Shown: positions 12,301 through 23,710, counted from the first letter of the stretch. The stretch: 43,598 nucleotides of DNA from Nemertoderma westbladi (GCA_032718475.1 JAUCBJ010006997.1:1-43598); one strand, 5' to 3'. Notes: generated by a model from the letters alone, not told the origin. Program-made: numbers and translations.

Positions 12301-12717
12301 GTTGGGAGAGAGTGCGGCAGAGAGCACAGACCAGGACATGTTAGTGGTCCGCACAGGAGTTGTGTTAGCAAGTTGGGAGAGAGTGCGGCAGAGAGCACAC
12401 ACCAGGACATGTTATCTGTCCGCACAGGAGTTGTGTTAGCCAGTTGGGAGAGAGTGCGGCAGAGAGCACAGACCAGGACATGGTAACGGTCCCTACAGGA
12501 GTTGTGTTAGCCTGTTGGGAGAGAGTGCGGCAGAGAGCACACACCAGGACATGGTAACGGTCCCTTCAAGAGTTGTGTTAGCCAGTTGGGAGAGAGTGCG
12601 GCAGAGAGCACACACCAGGACATGGTATCTGTCCGCACAGGAGTTATGTTAGCCAGTTGGGAGAGAGTGCGGCAGAGAGCACAGATCAGGGCATTGTACC
12701 AGTCCGCACAGGAGTTG
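9375..12717. repeat. 71-bp satellite array, ~47 copies
   Basis: Unit GGAGTTGTGTTAGCCAGTTGGGAGAGAGTGCGGCAGAGAGCACAGACCAGGACATGGTATCGGTCCGCACA repeats head-to-tail; one unit near 10365 has a 4-nt insertion. Confidence 0.98.
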
Positions 12718-13048
12718 ATAGCATAGAAACTAAATTGCAAATTTACGCGGATATAAAAAGCCGAAATAAACGGAAATAATGAGTGATTTAAACGGAAAAG
12801 AAAAATGATTCTCTAGAAGAAAGTAGGCCTACTATTAGTTTCAAGCTGAGTACCTGATGATACTGTACAACCGGTTTTGCATTAGTTGGGCGATACTTCA
12901 CATAACTACTGTACTCTGTGTAGAGAGTGACAGAACTATACTAACCCAGAAGTACCGGTACTCTACTGTACCACTACTAGCATATGGACCGATCATCGAT
13001 ATGTGACAATTATTGACTTAGAAGTCGTCAACTATATTTGCCATATAG

Positions 13049-13168
13049 ATTATGACACCCAATCTATTTGATTACGACTTTAACTCAGACATCAACTTAC
13101 TTCAGTCCGTGTCCGAATGGGAGGCGACTTTGTTTCAATATGTTTACACCAATCGATACTGTTTGTAG
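13049..13168 (+). CDS. Neuropeptide precursor, candidate terminal exon (IMTPNLFDYDFNSDINLLQSVSEWEATLFQYVYTNRYCL*)
   Basis: Acceptor TATATTTGCCATATAG|ATT, phase 0, giving a 125-aa precursor with a helix-like C-terminal segment ending near a Cys. An alternative acceptor at 13088 gives 13089-13217 in another frame. Confidence 0.4.
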   Translation: MMTPNLFDYDFNSDINLLQSVSEWEATLFQYVYTNRYCL

Positions 13169-14631
13169 GCATTCTGTAGTGGAACGCACCGAATTATTAG
13201 GCCCAGGGCACACATGACCTTTCAACTTTCAACATACATTTAACATTTGACTATCTACTTTCAAATATTAACGTCCTGGTTCACAGATAAACATTCAATT
13301 TCAGCTCATAAAATATCATTGGCTATATGACAATAGACCATAGCGTTTACACCAGTTACATCTTTTAGTTGAATGTTGAAAGCTTATGTGTTACACGGGC
13401 CTAAATAATATTTAATTATTGCACCATTCCACCATGTGAGTTTCCATGTGTCTTATAATTTAGTTTGAAGTATTGAAGATCACCATAATTACACATGTGT
13501 TGCTAAAAGTGAAATATTAAAATATTGACCGAGAACATTTCTGTGATGTGGTCAATAATTCATTTCGGATTAATGCGCACAATGTTGAAATGGGCATCAT
13601 TCGATCACCAACCTTTGATTACCCGACGTTTCTGTCAAAATAAGCAACTCGGCAAACATTCCGGAGTGGTTCGCCGATAGGCAACAACTCGAATGGGAAG
13701 ACAAGAACCTGGAAGAAATTATACCCATCGCCTATAATGTCTGTGGTAAATACATACAAGTTTAATACATTTTTGCGATCAACATAACGCAAGATTAACG
13801 GAAGAGTCACGACGGTCGCAGATTTTTTTGTATCGAAAAGGCTTACTTGCTTATGCATACAATATACTGTAATAACAATAATAATAAAATATTTGTTTAT
13901 TTCAGCCCAAGCGCCATAAAAATACAGTAAGTAGAGCACAGGATGTGTTATTAAATTGGTTACCGGTAAAAGAATTACAGTATATACAGTTGTCAATAAC
14001 AGGAAAAATTATTTGCAAGAAATCACAAAGATGCTAAATAATAAAATAAGAAATATAATATTATTAACAGCATTGTTAGTGTGTACAGTAGAAACCATTA
14101 AAAAAGAATCTTAAGTACAGCTGTTGGTATACATGATGTCGTATTAAGACTACGTATTTGGAGACAAGTATCAATAGACGGACAATATTCTGGGGAACAT
14201 TTAATTTATCTCATACGTTGTAAGGGCTATATAATAATTATACTACAGTTGTAGTAGTCTACGTGAATATTCATACATAAATAAAATGTTCTAGAATGTG
14301 GTGAATTTATCAAATACTGTAGAATCAATGGCACCAGCGGAAGCACATACATGCCAAATTAGAATGCCCATAACTCAGCAGCATGTTTGGAATCCTACAC
14401 GGCCAGCTTCCTAACAGTACCAACAAACAGCTAGAAGAATAACATCAGTAATGTACGACTGGTGCAATTTTCAATGGAGACACGTGTTTAATCGATTGTA
14501 GGCCTACAGTAGCTAAAGAAATTAACCGCTATGGAGGAGGGTGATGAAACTAACTTTGTTTCAAATTTCAGACAATATCATTAAGAATTGTAGAAAAATT
14601 GGGGGGGGGGGGGGGGGGGGGGGGTCCATGT

Positions 14632-16015
14632 GGTCTCAGGTCTTTATATCCCAGGGGTCTTTATATCCCAAGGGTCTTTATATCCCACCCTAAAAAAATG
14701 GGTCTTTATATCCCAAGGGTCGTTATATCCCACTTCTAAACTAAATCGGGTCTTTATATCCAGGGTCTTTATATCCCAGGGGTCTTTATATCCCAGGGGG
14801 CTTTATATCCCAGGGGGCTTTATATCCCACCAGTTATTCTGGGAGAAGAAATTCTTTGGTGGGAAATTCAAACTTTTGGCTTGTGGTGGTAGCACTGCTG
14901 TACAGTACTACTTACAGTACATGTAGTAAACTATTTACTGCCACACTGGAGGTAGCCTATCATGACTTAGGGTTAGGGTTAAATGACTGTTTTAATTATG
15001 GTTTGTGCCGGACCAACACTAACCAAAAAAACAATCCAATATCCAGTCAAAGTACAGAAGTACGGTAGGCCTACTGCAGTATACTGACCTATTGCAGTAC
15101 TGTACGGTAACTCAATAGAACAAAAATAGGTAAAATGATTAAAAAAATAGGTAGATAAAAATAATAATAAAAATAGGTAAGAAAAATAAAACACATAGGT
15201 AGAATGATTAGATTAATTTAAATAGGTACCGGTAGGAAAAATATTTGCGTTTCTCTAATATGGATGTACCGGTGCCAGATTATGGTAGAGTTAAATATGG
15301 ATTCACAAAGCGTAAAAATAGTCTGGCCCTGTTTGAGAGCAACCGACATGAAGGAGTTGTGTTTGAATTTTCAAAGAAACGCGATAACACAAGGGGTACA
15401 ACTGTTCAATGTGTTGGGTGTTGTTTAGTTAACACTGCAAATCGGTGGCGGTGTGGGTGGACTAGGTGTTGGTGGAGGAGAGGGTGGACTAGGTGTTGGT
15501 GGAGGAGAGGGTGGACTAGGTGTTGGTGGAGGAGAGGGTGGACTATGTGTTGGTGGCGGTGTGGGTGGACTAGGTGTTGGTGGAGGAGAGGGTGGACTAG
15601 GTGTTGGTGGCGGTGGTCTAGGTGATAATGGAGGAGGCCGTGGATTAGGTGTTGGTGACAGGGTTTACCTTCAATTGTAAATATTTTAATAATTAATTGT
15701 TATCCTTAATTATTATACTAGTTATTGTTATATTTCCTCAGAAGTATATTTATTGAAAAGTTGCGGGACCATTACAAAAAGGACCTACTGGATATAAAAC
15801 CCCCTGGGATATAAAGCCCCTTGGGATATAAAGCCCCTTGGGATATAAAGACCCCTGGGATATAAAGACTCGCTTTTAGTGTAGAAATGGGATATAAAGA
15901 CCCCTGGGATATAAAGACCCTTGGGATATAAAGACCCATTTTTAAGGCTTTTTTTAAGATGGGATATAAAGACCCCTGGGATATAAAGACCCCTGGGATA
16001 TAAAGACACCCAATC
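14632..16015. mobile_element. MULE/Foldback-like element with arms of tandem subrepeats and a 9-bp TSD
   Basis: TSD GGTCCATGT at 14623-14631 and 16016-16024; left arm (GGGTCTTTATATCCCA)n 14639-14830, right arm inverted (TGGGATATAAAGACCC)n 15788-16008. Confidence 0.9.
15450..15658. repeat. 27-bp tandem repeat (Pro-rich PSPPPTPSP on the minus strand)
   Basis: GGTGGACTAGGTGTTGGTGGAGGAGAG units inside the MULE element. Confidence 0.9.
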
Positions 16016-16429
16016 GGTCCATGTCACTGAATTACTATACTATTCTAGGTCATTGTGCATGTATGTCATCTTGGTATTGTCTACAGTAGTGTACGTGGTA
16101 CGTGTAGCATTCCGGCGGTAATCATACAGTGAACGGCATTGATCTCAAGAAGAGTTGCCCAGTTCTTTCTAAGTAATTACCGACGCACTAGTGCACTGTA
16201 AAGCTATACTCTTAAGTGTAATGGTTTTGTCATCTATTATTTATTTCAATTCAATATTTTAAACTATAGCTAATTTACCCATTTAATAAGAAGCTAATGG
16301 TGAAACAGGTGGTCGAAATGTACTGCATTTAACTGAGTTATGCGTCTCTCCGTCGGCTGGGTTCGGTCATTCACCCTGGTCCTTCCCCCATGCCTAGCTT
16401 ACTTAAAGTACTGTACTGTATGATTGAAC

Positions 16430-16632
16430 ATATTGAGTTGGTTTATCTGTTACCTTGAAATCTCATCTCCGTCTCCAGGGGTCGTAGGTTCGAGCCCCGC
16501 TGAGGAGGCCAAGGACCTTTTCGTTTTTGCATCCTCTGAAATTTAACGGAGGTCGACTTTGATGGAAGTTACTGTAGTCGTCAGACTTTGTGCGTAATCC
16601 TTGGCCAAACGGCGAAGAAAGTTTTCTTTAAC
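16430..16632 (+). mobile_element. Decayed tRNA-derived SINE
   Basis: B box GTAGGTTCGAGCCCCGC (~16485-16500); the 3' tail GTCGTCAGACTTTGTGCGTAATCC.TGGCC is shared with 20018-20070 and 25665-25730. The 5' boundary is approximate. Confidence 0.6.
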
Positions 16633-16708
16633 TAAATGCGCTTTAAAGACGGAATTCTTGCAGAGAATGTGTTGTGGATGTAGAGCGTGTTATGTGTACC
16701 AATAATGC

Positions 16709-16981
16709 CGCCCATGTGAAGAATACCATGATTTCACTTTTCGGTCGACTTTTTATTGAAATTTTATATATGAAGATTTTTTATTTTTATTTTTTATTTA
16801 TCTTTATTACAAAGCGCTTATTTCTGTCTTAAAACCTGTACATATACTAACTTGTTTATTGTTTTGGTTAGATTCAGCCCTTCTTTAACCTGTGTTTTTG
16901 GTGTAAACATGGTATTCTTCATATGGGGGTAACTGCAAAGTGAAATATAACGGCAGAAAGTCTGGTATTCTTCACATGGGC
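16709..16981. mobile_element. MULE-type MITE with 9-10-bp TSD
   Basis: TIR GCCCATGTGAAGAATACCA / TGGTATTCTTCACATGGGC; (C)CAATAATGC direct repeat at 16699-16708 and 16981-16990. Confidence 0.8.
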
Positions 16982-17007
16982 CAATAATGCTGATATCACA
17001 TATGGGC

Positions 17008-17233
17008 CTCCGCTTTGCAGAAAATTGTTTTCGCCGTGAGGACCAGCCTGTGCACAATCTTGTGTATTGGCAGCCCCATGGAGAAAATAAGCATGGTGGA
17101 CAGCCCATGACTTTTGTGAGTCGCTTCTTAAAACTTTTGTGAGTCGCCTCTTAAAGGACACTGGCCTTGAAGATGCGGATAGTCTCGCAAAAGTCATGGG
17201 GGATAGGTGCAACATTGTTGACAAGCCGTGATA
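17008..17233 (+). mobile_element. RTE-clade LINE, 3' end of ORF2 (fragment)
   Basis: Translates LRFAENCFRREDQPVHNLVYWQPHGENKHGGQPMTFVSR(23-bp dup)LLKDTGLEDADSLAKVMGDR, matching the RTE/RTEX C-terminal pattern LRFAGHC.R...P...LV.W.P.HG....G.P..T...L..DTGL....L...M.DR. Confidence 0.75.
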
Positions 17234-19067
17234 ACATTCTTAATGCACGCTGCATTGGGCTTAAAAATTGTGGATTGCATGGTGGTGGCTAAATACTTTT
17301 GTTAAGCTGGTATAGCATCTCAATATACAGTTTCAATGCATCAGGCAGATTATTGTAGTACATGTAGTAGTATATTTATTACATATTATAATGGTATTAT
17401 AATCGGATCAAGTCGGTCCCCATGATCATCTTTATGTAGTCTAGCGCTAGCGTTTACAACGAAATCTATTTATAGTCTTAGACGAAATGTAATTTAAATC
17501 AAAAGTGGACGATATTCAGTTTCTATCTGTTGTTGGATTCTAGGAAGACACTTTACAATGTGGGTGTAATAATTGCCGTTCAGTAAATGTTTTTTAGTTT
17601 ACCTTTCGTGACACATTCTATTGTTTATTTTTTAGACGAAACCTGAGACAGGTCCTTGTGTATGTTTTCTTCCTGGTGGAAACTTGAAATATTTCGAATC
17701 GGTTAGTAAATACAGCAGGTAGCCGATACTCTATACTGTAATTATTGCTCATATGAGGATTAAAAATTAATATAGGCTTGCTGTTGGTTTGGCCTACAGT
17801 ATATTATATTTTAAAATAAATAATTAACTACATTAACGAAAATATTGTATCAGTCGGGAAAATAATGGATCATCCATCTGAAAATGACATACCTACTGTA
17901 CACTACAGTTATTGAACTGCGTGTAAGCGTGTACTCTCGTATTTACGTTGTGTCCATGACTGAGAATGACCTGGCCATGTCATACACACACACCTACTGT
18001 ACATACATGGTATTATCGTGTTGTATTAAACTCACAGGTTAATAAACAATGCATGGTATGCTGTTTTGTATAACTCGGCTTCTGACATACACTTGACTGA
18101 TATGATGTTAAGTCGACTTCGACTTTTCATTAATTGTCAGTGAAGAATGAATTCCCGATTTACAGTTGAATCACTTTTTATTGTGAAATTTCTAAGTTTG
18201 TGATAAACGGTAAAGTAAATATTACGGCAGACGAATTTGCCTGGCTCACTTACTTTATGACAACCTGTCACTTGAGTAGCGGCTAATTGACGGCAATTAT
18301 TCCTGGCAATCAATTCCTTTGTGTTTGGATAACGTATGGCGTACCGCACAGGTCCAGGTTGACTAGTTAATTTCGTAGTCGACAAACACAAGGTTGGCTT
18401 GTTTAACTTATATCGAATATTATACTGAATGTATTCCGCGTATTTTAAGGCGCATGAGAGCGTCTTTTAATTTTTAATTATAAGATTGTACAAATTGTAC
18501 TTTACTCGTGAGACCCAGGCGGCCCGGCCTTATGTCTGAAGTGAACTTCTCCATCCATAGCTTACGTTTTATTTCTTTTAGTTAAATGTTGAAAGTTGAG
18601 AGCTCATATGTGTGACGTGGGACTTACGTTGTTAGGTTATAACGGTTCACCTGATCGTATACACAGACAAGTCACTAACAACCTGCAGCCACGATGTTGT
18701 TCCACTCACCTCATGATTAAAATAAAATATAAGCCTATCGAGGGTGTAAACTCTACGCCGAAACCCAACAACGACAAAACTGCGTGGTCTTCACACTCGT
18801 TTATTGTTTTGGTTAAAATTCCCTTCAAAATTCCACTATTACCTGTTCGCTGTTCCTTTCCCATAATTATTAATTATAGGATTAATTAGCTTTAATAATG
18901 GTTGTCGCTTGTCGGTAGTAGTTGTTGTCGTTTGTCAACTTCGCGTTCACGCATAGGCCTACCATTCCAACTCATTACAGTAGGCCTACATACAGCAAGC
19001 TGACTTCATAAGTTTTTCTCCCTATAAATCATAGTCCGTAGGCCTACTGTACTAATTATACTGACGT

Positions 19068-19207
19068 TATGTAAATGGTTTTGTTCTGAAGTGGAAAAAA
19101 TGAGAAAGCGCGTAACCGGGGGTTGAACCAGCGCTATACGTACGTTTCAGCCTATCGCTATCAGGCCTCATCAGTGGCGCTAACCAGTTCAGCCACTTGT
19201 CCCTGAC
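19068..19207 (-). mobile_element. tRNA-like Pol III retrozyme/SINE carrying a hammerhead ribozyme
   Basis: A-box-like TGGCTGAACTGG (19195-19184), hammerhead, B-box-like GGTTCAACCCC (19129-19119) and T6 run (19100-19095); the 3' 45 nt match 23778-23822 at 41/45. Confidence 0.75.
19126..19185 (-). ncRNA. Type I hammerhead ribozyme with minimal palindromic stem III
   Basis: Minus strand: GGTTAGCGCCA-CTGATGA-GGCCTG(ATAGCGA)TAGGCT-GAAAC-GTAC-GTA^TAGCGCTGGTT. All core nucleotides are present (CUGAUGA, GAAA, GUH). Stem II has 6 bp including two G-U; stem I pairs with one C-A mismatch; stem III is the palindrome ACGTACGT. Confidence 0.88.
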
Positions 19208-19737
19208 ATTCACTATCCCACCTAATCCACTTCTATTGAACAGACAGTCTTAAGTTGCATATATCCTATCTCCAACAGCGGACCTACCGGCATCAAGTAT
19301 GTTAGAGTGAAACAGGAGTGAAGTACAAATAAAAAATATTCAGCTCGAGTATTGCTGCCAGGTGATATTAATTACAGAATTAATTAAACCATTACGATTT
19401 GTAGACAAATTGAGGGGGGGGGGGGGGGGGGGTACCTGAATAACGACACTATATTCCAGGACATGCTGTATACGAGTATAATAACTCCTAAATAACTCTT
19501 TCGCTAATACCTAATTTCATAAATGACACTTCCGTATTTCCACTTTCCACATGTCCTTGATATCTCTTAATTTAGAGGCATGGCATGCCGATTAATCCTT
19601 TCTTTACTCTCTTACCTTACTGATTACTGGATGACTAATGTAAATGGGTAAGGCAGTAGTCCATAAAATCAGATGCCAACCGCGCGTGCAGCAGAATAGC
19701 ATAATGGCGTCCCTAAGGTACAGATTGAAGTAATACT

Positions 19738-19878
19738 GTAGGCCAGCCTGTACAGGTGTGGCTACGCTAAGTAATAGGCCAGCCTGTATCCTCCTGGTGT
19801 TGCTACGGTGAGTAAAGGGCCAGCCTGTATCCTCCTGGTGTGGCTACGGTGAGTAAAGGGCCAGCTTGTATCCACCTG
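19738..19878. repeat. ~40-bp tandem repeat, 3-4 copies
   Basis: GGCCAGCCTGTATCCTCCTGGTGTGGCTACGGTGAGTAAAG-like units. Confidence 0.85.
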
Positions 19879-19932
19879 GGCTGGGGTGGTGCGAGCCAAT
19901 TGAGGCGAGTCTACTCACTACGCACTGTCAGA

Positions 19933-20072
19933 ATTTGCATCTTTGAATGGTGGCTAAATGAGTACTGGGGTTTGCTCTGGGGAGTATAGTTATAAGGGGA
20001 CCGCACTGGAAATAACTCGTCAGACTATATTTTCGTAATCCCTGGCCTAACGTCCGAAGTTAACTTTACTTC
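19933..20072 (+). mobile_element. 3' portion of a SINE (same family as 25660-25940)
   Basis: GCTAAATGAGTACTGGGGTTT.CTCTGGGGAGTA...GGGGACCGCACTGGAAATAA.TCGTCAGACT...GTAATCCCTGGCCTA matches the reverse complement of 25665-25810. Confidence 0.85.
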
Positions 20073-21511
20073 GGTACTTTATAGGGGATATACTGTATTA
20101 TCTATAATTTGGAACGGCGCACAAATTACGGTATTACTTGTGCTGCACCGGTAAATGTTCTAGAACATGGTGTAATTATTCGATAAAATTAATTGGCGAG
20201 TCAATCTAGCCAAAAAAGACAAAAAAATACAAAAAAAACCATAACAAATTCGCAATTCATCCAAAGCAATTTTTATTACACAGCTGTATTCTACATTACC
20301 TTGTTAATACCCACCAAAAACCTCTATAAAAATATATTATGTGGATCACTTTCAATTTCCTGTTTCTTTCCTTAGCCCACATGGATTTTACATAGCAGCA
20401 ACAAATGGTCTATTGGTGGGATAAACTATTGTGGCTTTTAAACTAAAACAATTAAATAAATTACACATAAAATCAATAGAGAAATCACAATTTCATAGCG
20501 TAACAGTACCAAAGCGTTCTCTCAAATAAACAGACTGATGTCGCTTTACTTGTCAGGTATCTAATACGGTACTCTCTGTCGTCGTCTCTGTCGATTTGTT
20601 ACACCGCAGTTATTATTCATATAGGCCCCAAGATATTATAGTGATTTGTTGGTACTGCGTGTGTCTGTCATAGCCCATCATTGATGTCAATCATCTAATG
20701 CCTGCGTATTGACGACTATTAGCAACCAATAGGAACGCAGGAATAAATCACAGTTTATATATATGATGTTATGATGTATATGATATATATATGATGGCAG
20801 TAAGATCCTACATTGACCTCAACAGATTTAGCGCTTCCTTACAGTGTTTTGGTCTCAACAGATTTAGCGCTTCCTTACAGTTTTTAACTAATAGGAACAC
20901 AACATTATGGTGAAGGAAGATCTCTCATTCTATCCCCGATTATTACCCTCAATATATTTACTGATTCCCAAAAGTGGGCTATGGCAGACACTGTAATTGA
21001 TATTTTATTGATTTTTTAATTAACTTATCTTTTCTGCTAGGTGAGTAGTACAGAGCCTCGAATATAATATATATAATATAATATAATATAATTCATCGAG
21101 CAATATATTAATTCTAATTATACTGATTTTTTCGCTGTGGGGAGGATTTCGTACAGCGCAGTGCTACGTAACCGTTGAATAGAGACACTTTGTTTTTATT
21201 GTTAACATAAATAATTACAATACAGATAAATTTACAGATTAAAATAAGTCACACTACACAATAAATCAAGCAGTCCCATGCTTCTTCTTTCCACGCCGAA
21301 TAGTTTGTCATTCTCCAAATAACATCTTCTTAACCTACAATAAATTCAACAAAGTTTAAAGTTTTTACTTTGCGTGTCTTTTTCAGTCTATTTTAAATTA
21401 AATTAAATTTATGTAACACTATTATTAATAATACTGATATGGTGAGGGTTGTAACTTGTTGTTACTTGTTTTATTTACCAATTTATCATTTACATTTACC
21501 ACTTGTTTTAT

Positions 21512-21788
21512 GTCCCACGCTTCTTCTGGCAATTCCATTCTTTTTTCATCTTTCTTTTCGTCTTCTACCTATTGTAGATCTTCTTTCATTTTAACACCTT
21601 TTACCCATTGTAGATATCCTTTTTCATAAATCGATCTTCCATTTCTATATTGGCAGTATTTCATATGATGGTCTTTTTCCGCTTCAGGAAAGTAATGCGC
21701 GCTAAATGTTTGGGCATTGAATCATCTTTTGGTTTGGATTATTTTTTCTGCATTTTCTCAAATGCCAACGAATCTCTCCACATCAACA
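21512..21788 (-). pseudogene. GTSF1/Asterix-like CHHC (U11-48K-type) zinc-finger relic
   Basis: Manual translation with two frameshifts: VDVERFV/WHLRKCRKNNPNQKMIQCPN/FSAHYFPEAEKDHHMKYCQYR...(stop)...ELPEEAWD. The second finger has C-P-x4-H-x9-H-x3-C spacing; RF..HL.KCRKN.P and the acidic EExWD resemble GTSF1. Confidence 0.7.
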
Positions 21789-21887
21789 GTTAATTAATAT
21801 AACACAACAATATATAATGTGCCTAAACAGCAGACTGTGGATCCTTTGGTTATATATAGAGCACATAAGTAAATACAGACAGACTCT

Positions 21888-21991
21888 GAATACAGTATAC
21901 AACTAAAACACAGTACTGGTATATCAAAGTAGGCCTATGTAGAATACAGTATACAACTAAAACACAGTACTGGTATATCAAAGTAGGCCTA
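21888..21991. repeat. 54-bp tandem duplication
   Basis: GAATACAGTATACAACTAAAACACAGTACTGGTATATCAAAGTAGGCCTA at 21888 and 21942. Confidence 0.9.
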
Positions 21992-22185
21992 CAGAGAAAC
22001 ACTCAAATATCTGCACAGGTAAAACATGTGAGCGGAGCGCTGGCGCAATAAGTTTATTATCTTTTGAGTAATTAATTTCTGACAGGCCACATATAAACAA
22101 TAATATAGTAAGGCAGCTAAACTAACATAAAGCAAACAAGTAAACGAACGAATGAAGTGGTAGGCATTCACCAGCAGCAGCATAG

Positions 22186-22289
22186 TGTAAAGATGATAGA
22201 AAAAATAAAGTATTGAGGGTCTTTAGTAGCTGGTTATACTGTATTATATTAGATAAATATTAGATATTATTTTTTCTATCATCTTTACA
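22186..22289. mobile_element. Small MITE-like inverted repeat (23-bp perfect arms, TGT...ACA)
   Basis: TGTAAAGATGATAGAAAAAATAA / TTATTTTTTCTATCATCTTTACA; no TSD visible. Confidence 0.65.
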
Positions 22290-23710
22290 AACAAGTAAAA
22301 AGATAAGAAAGACTCCTGGTGCAATTAGTTGCTTCATTTCCAGTTCTTCTTGTTTGAATTATCATACCAAAACAAATTGTTTATCTATCGAAGATGAAAG
22401 TCATTTACTGGGTTAGTAATATTGAGGTGGACGGTGAATTCGCTGCGGGTAGCGAGGTGTAACCCTAGTAACAAGATCGCCACGAATCGCAGTAGGAAAT
22501 TCAACATCACCTACATCTGGAGTACAATCGGACACATCAGATGAATCATCTGATCCACATGGCGGATTATCAGGTTCAGAATCATCTAGTTGGTCATTAT
22601 CAAGAGCATCCCAATCGTAGTAAGGATAGTTGGCAGTTTGATCAACATGAGTGGAAAGTAGACTCTTTAAGGGAACCTCGTACGGGCGAGAGGCAAATCG
22701 AGAGCCGGTTAACTTCTGAACAAACACATGGTCACCTTCGATCCGAGAAACAATGTAGTTTTCCCAACAATGAGATTTATTCCCCTCAGAATTAATATAC
22801 ACAAGACTTCCAGGGTTGAGATCTGGAGTAGATGCGGAGCAATGACCACGAGCCTTTGACTTAGCACTATGAATATGACTTTTGGATCGTGCAGTATCCT
22901 TCATGTTAGTCATATCAGTATCCTCAAAATATAGTTGTTGACCAGTATAATGATCCTGTTGAAATAGGAGTTCCTTCGCAGAAAGTCCCCGAGAATGTAT
23001 CTGAGAGTTAAGGGAATCTATTACAATAGCTAAAGATAGTGGTGTAACTGGGGAACCTGTTGGGTCATAATGGAGGAGCTCACGTTCCACTTCCTGTACG
23101 CATTTTTCTCCAACGGGGTTTTTATTAATGTTTTTTATCTGTCCTAACTGTTAAGTTATCCCATGGCGTAGTAGGATGGGGTTCTTCTGTAAGGCCTGGA
23201 ATCCTGGGGCTCCATCAATTCGAACTCACATATTGGGACTACAGAAAGGCAACATAGCAATGAGGAGGGCTGTACGAAGTGCATTGGCTTTTTCATCAGC
23301 AATAATCGAGGCTGAAGTAAATGAGGATGAACAATCACAAACAACAAATATCTTCAAATATCTTCGTTAACGTTGGATCACATCAGAAGCAAATAAAGAA
23401 CATGGAATTTCTCCAAGTGGCGTGGATGATTGTTCAATCATTTCCCGAGGTGTTGCTTTAGAAACAGGCACTGTGAACAGTTATTGGTGACGGAATCAAT
23501 AGCATCTGATGAACCAATAGCCCAAAAATAACGACTGAACAGTCTCAAAAGTTGTGTCTTCAGAGGGTGGATAAAGTGAATATGTAGGGCAGTCAACTAA
23601 CCATGAACTAAAGCGAGTGGAACAACAATGAGATCACGTAAATGAACAAAGGGGTCATTTTTACAGACTACAATAAGACCATTTGAAATTGAGCAGATCC
23701 ATAAGTAGTA

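Noticed and set aside
9375-12717. CRISPR-like array, or protein-coding repeat ORFs
   Set aside because: The variable parts are point variants of one sequence, not unique spacers; there are no cas genes; a period of 71 is not a multiple of 3 and the frames contain stops.
9375-12717. Twister-ribozyme array (minus strand GGCTAACAC...GTG...GCC)
   Set aside because: The resemblance is superficial: the conserved purines after P2 are replaced by CTCTCT and the pseudoknot pairings could not be drawn.
13580-13860. Decayed coding-like frame (NIPEWFADRQQLEWEDKNLEE...FFCIEKAYLLM), vaguely J-domain-like
   Set aside because: Contains in-frame stops, no HPD motif and no recognisable family.
22027-22337. 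3' LTR of the Gypsy element (purine tract then TG...AATAAA...CA on the minus strand)
   Set aside because: Plausible, but no matching 5' LTR or PBS was found beyond 26919, so it is not supported.
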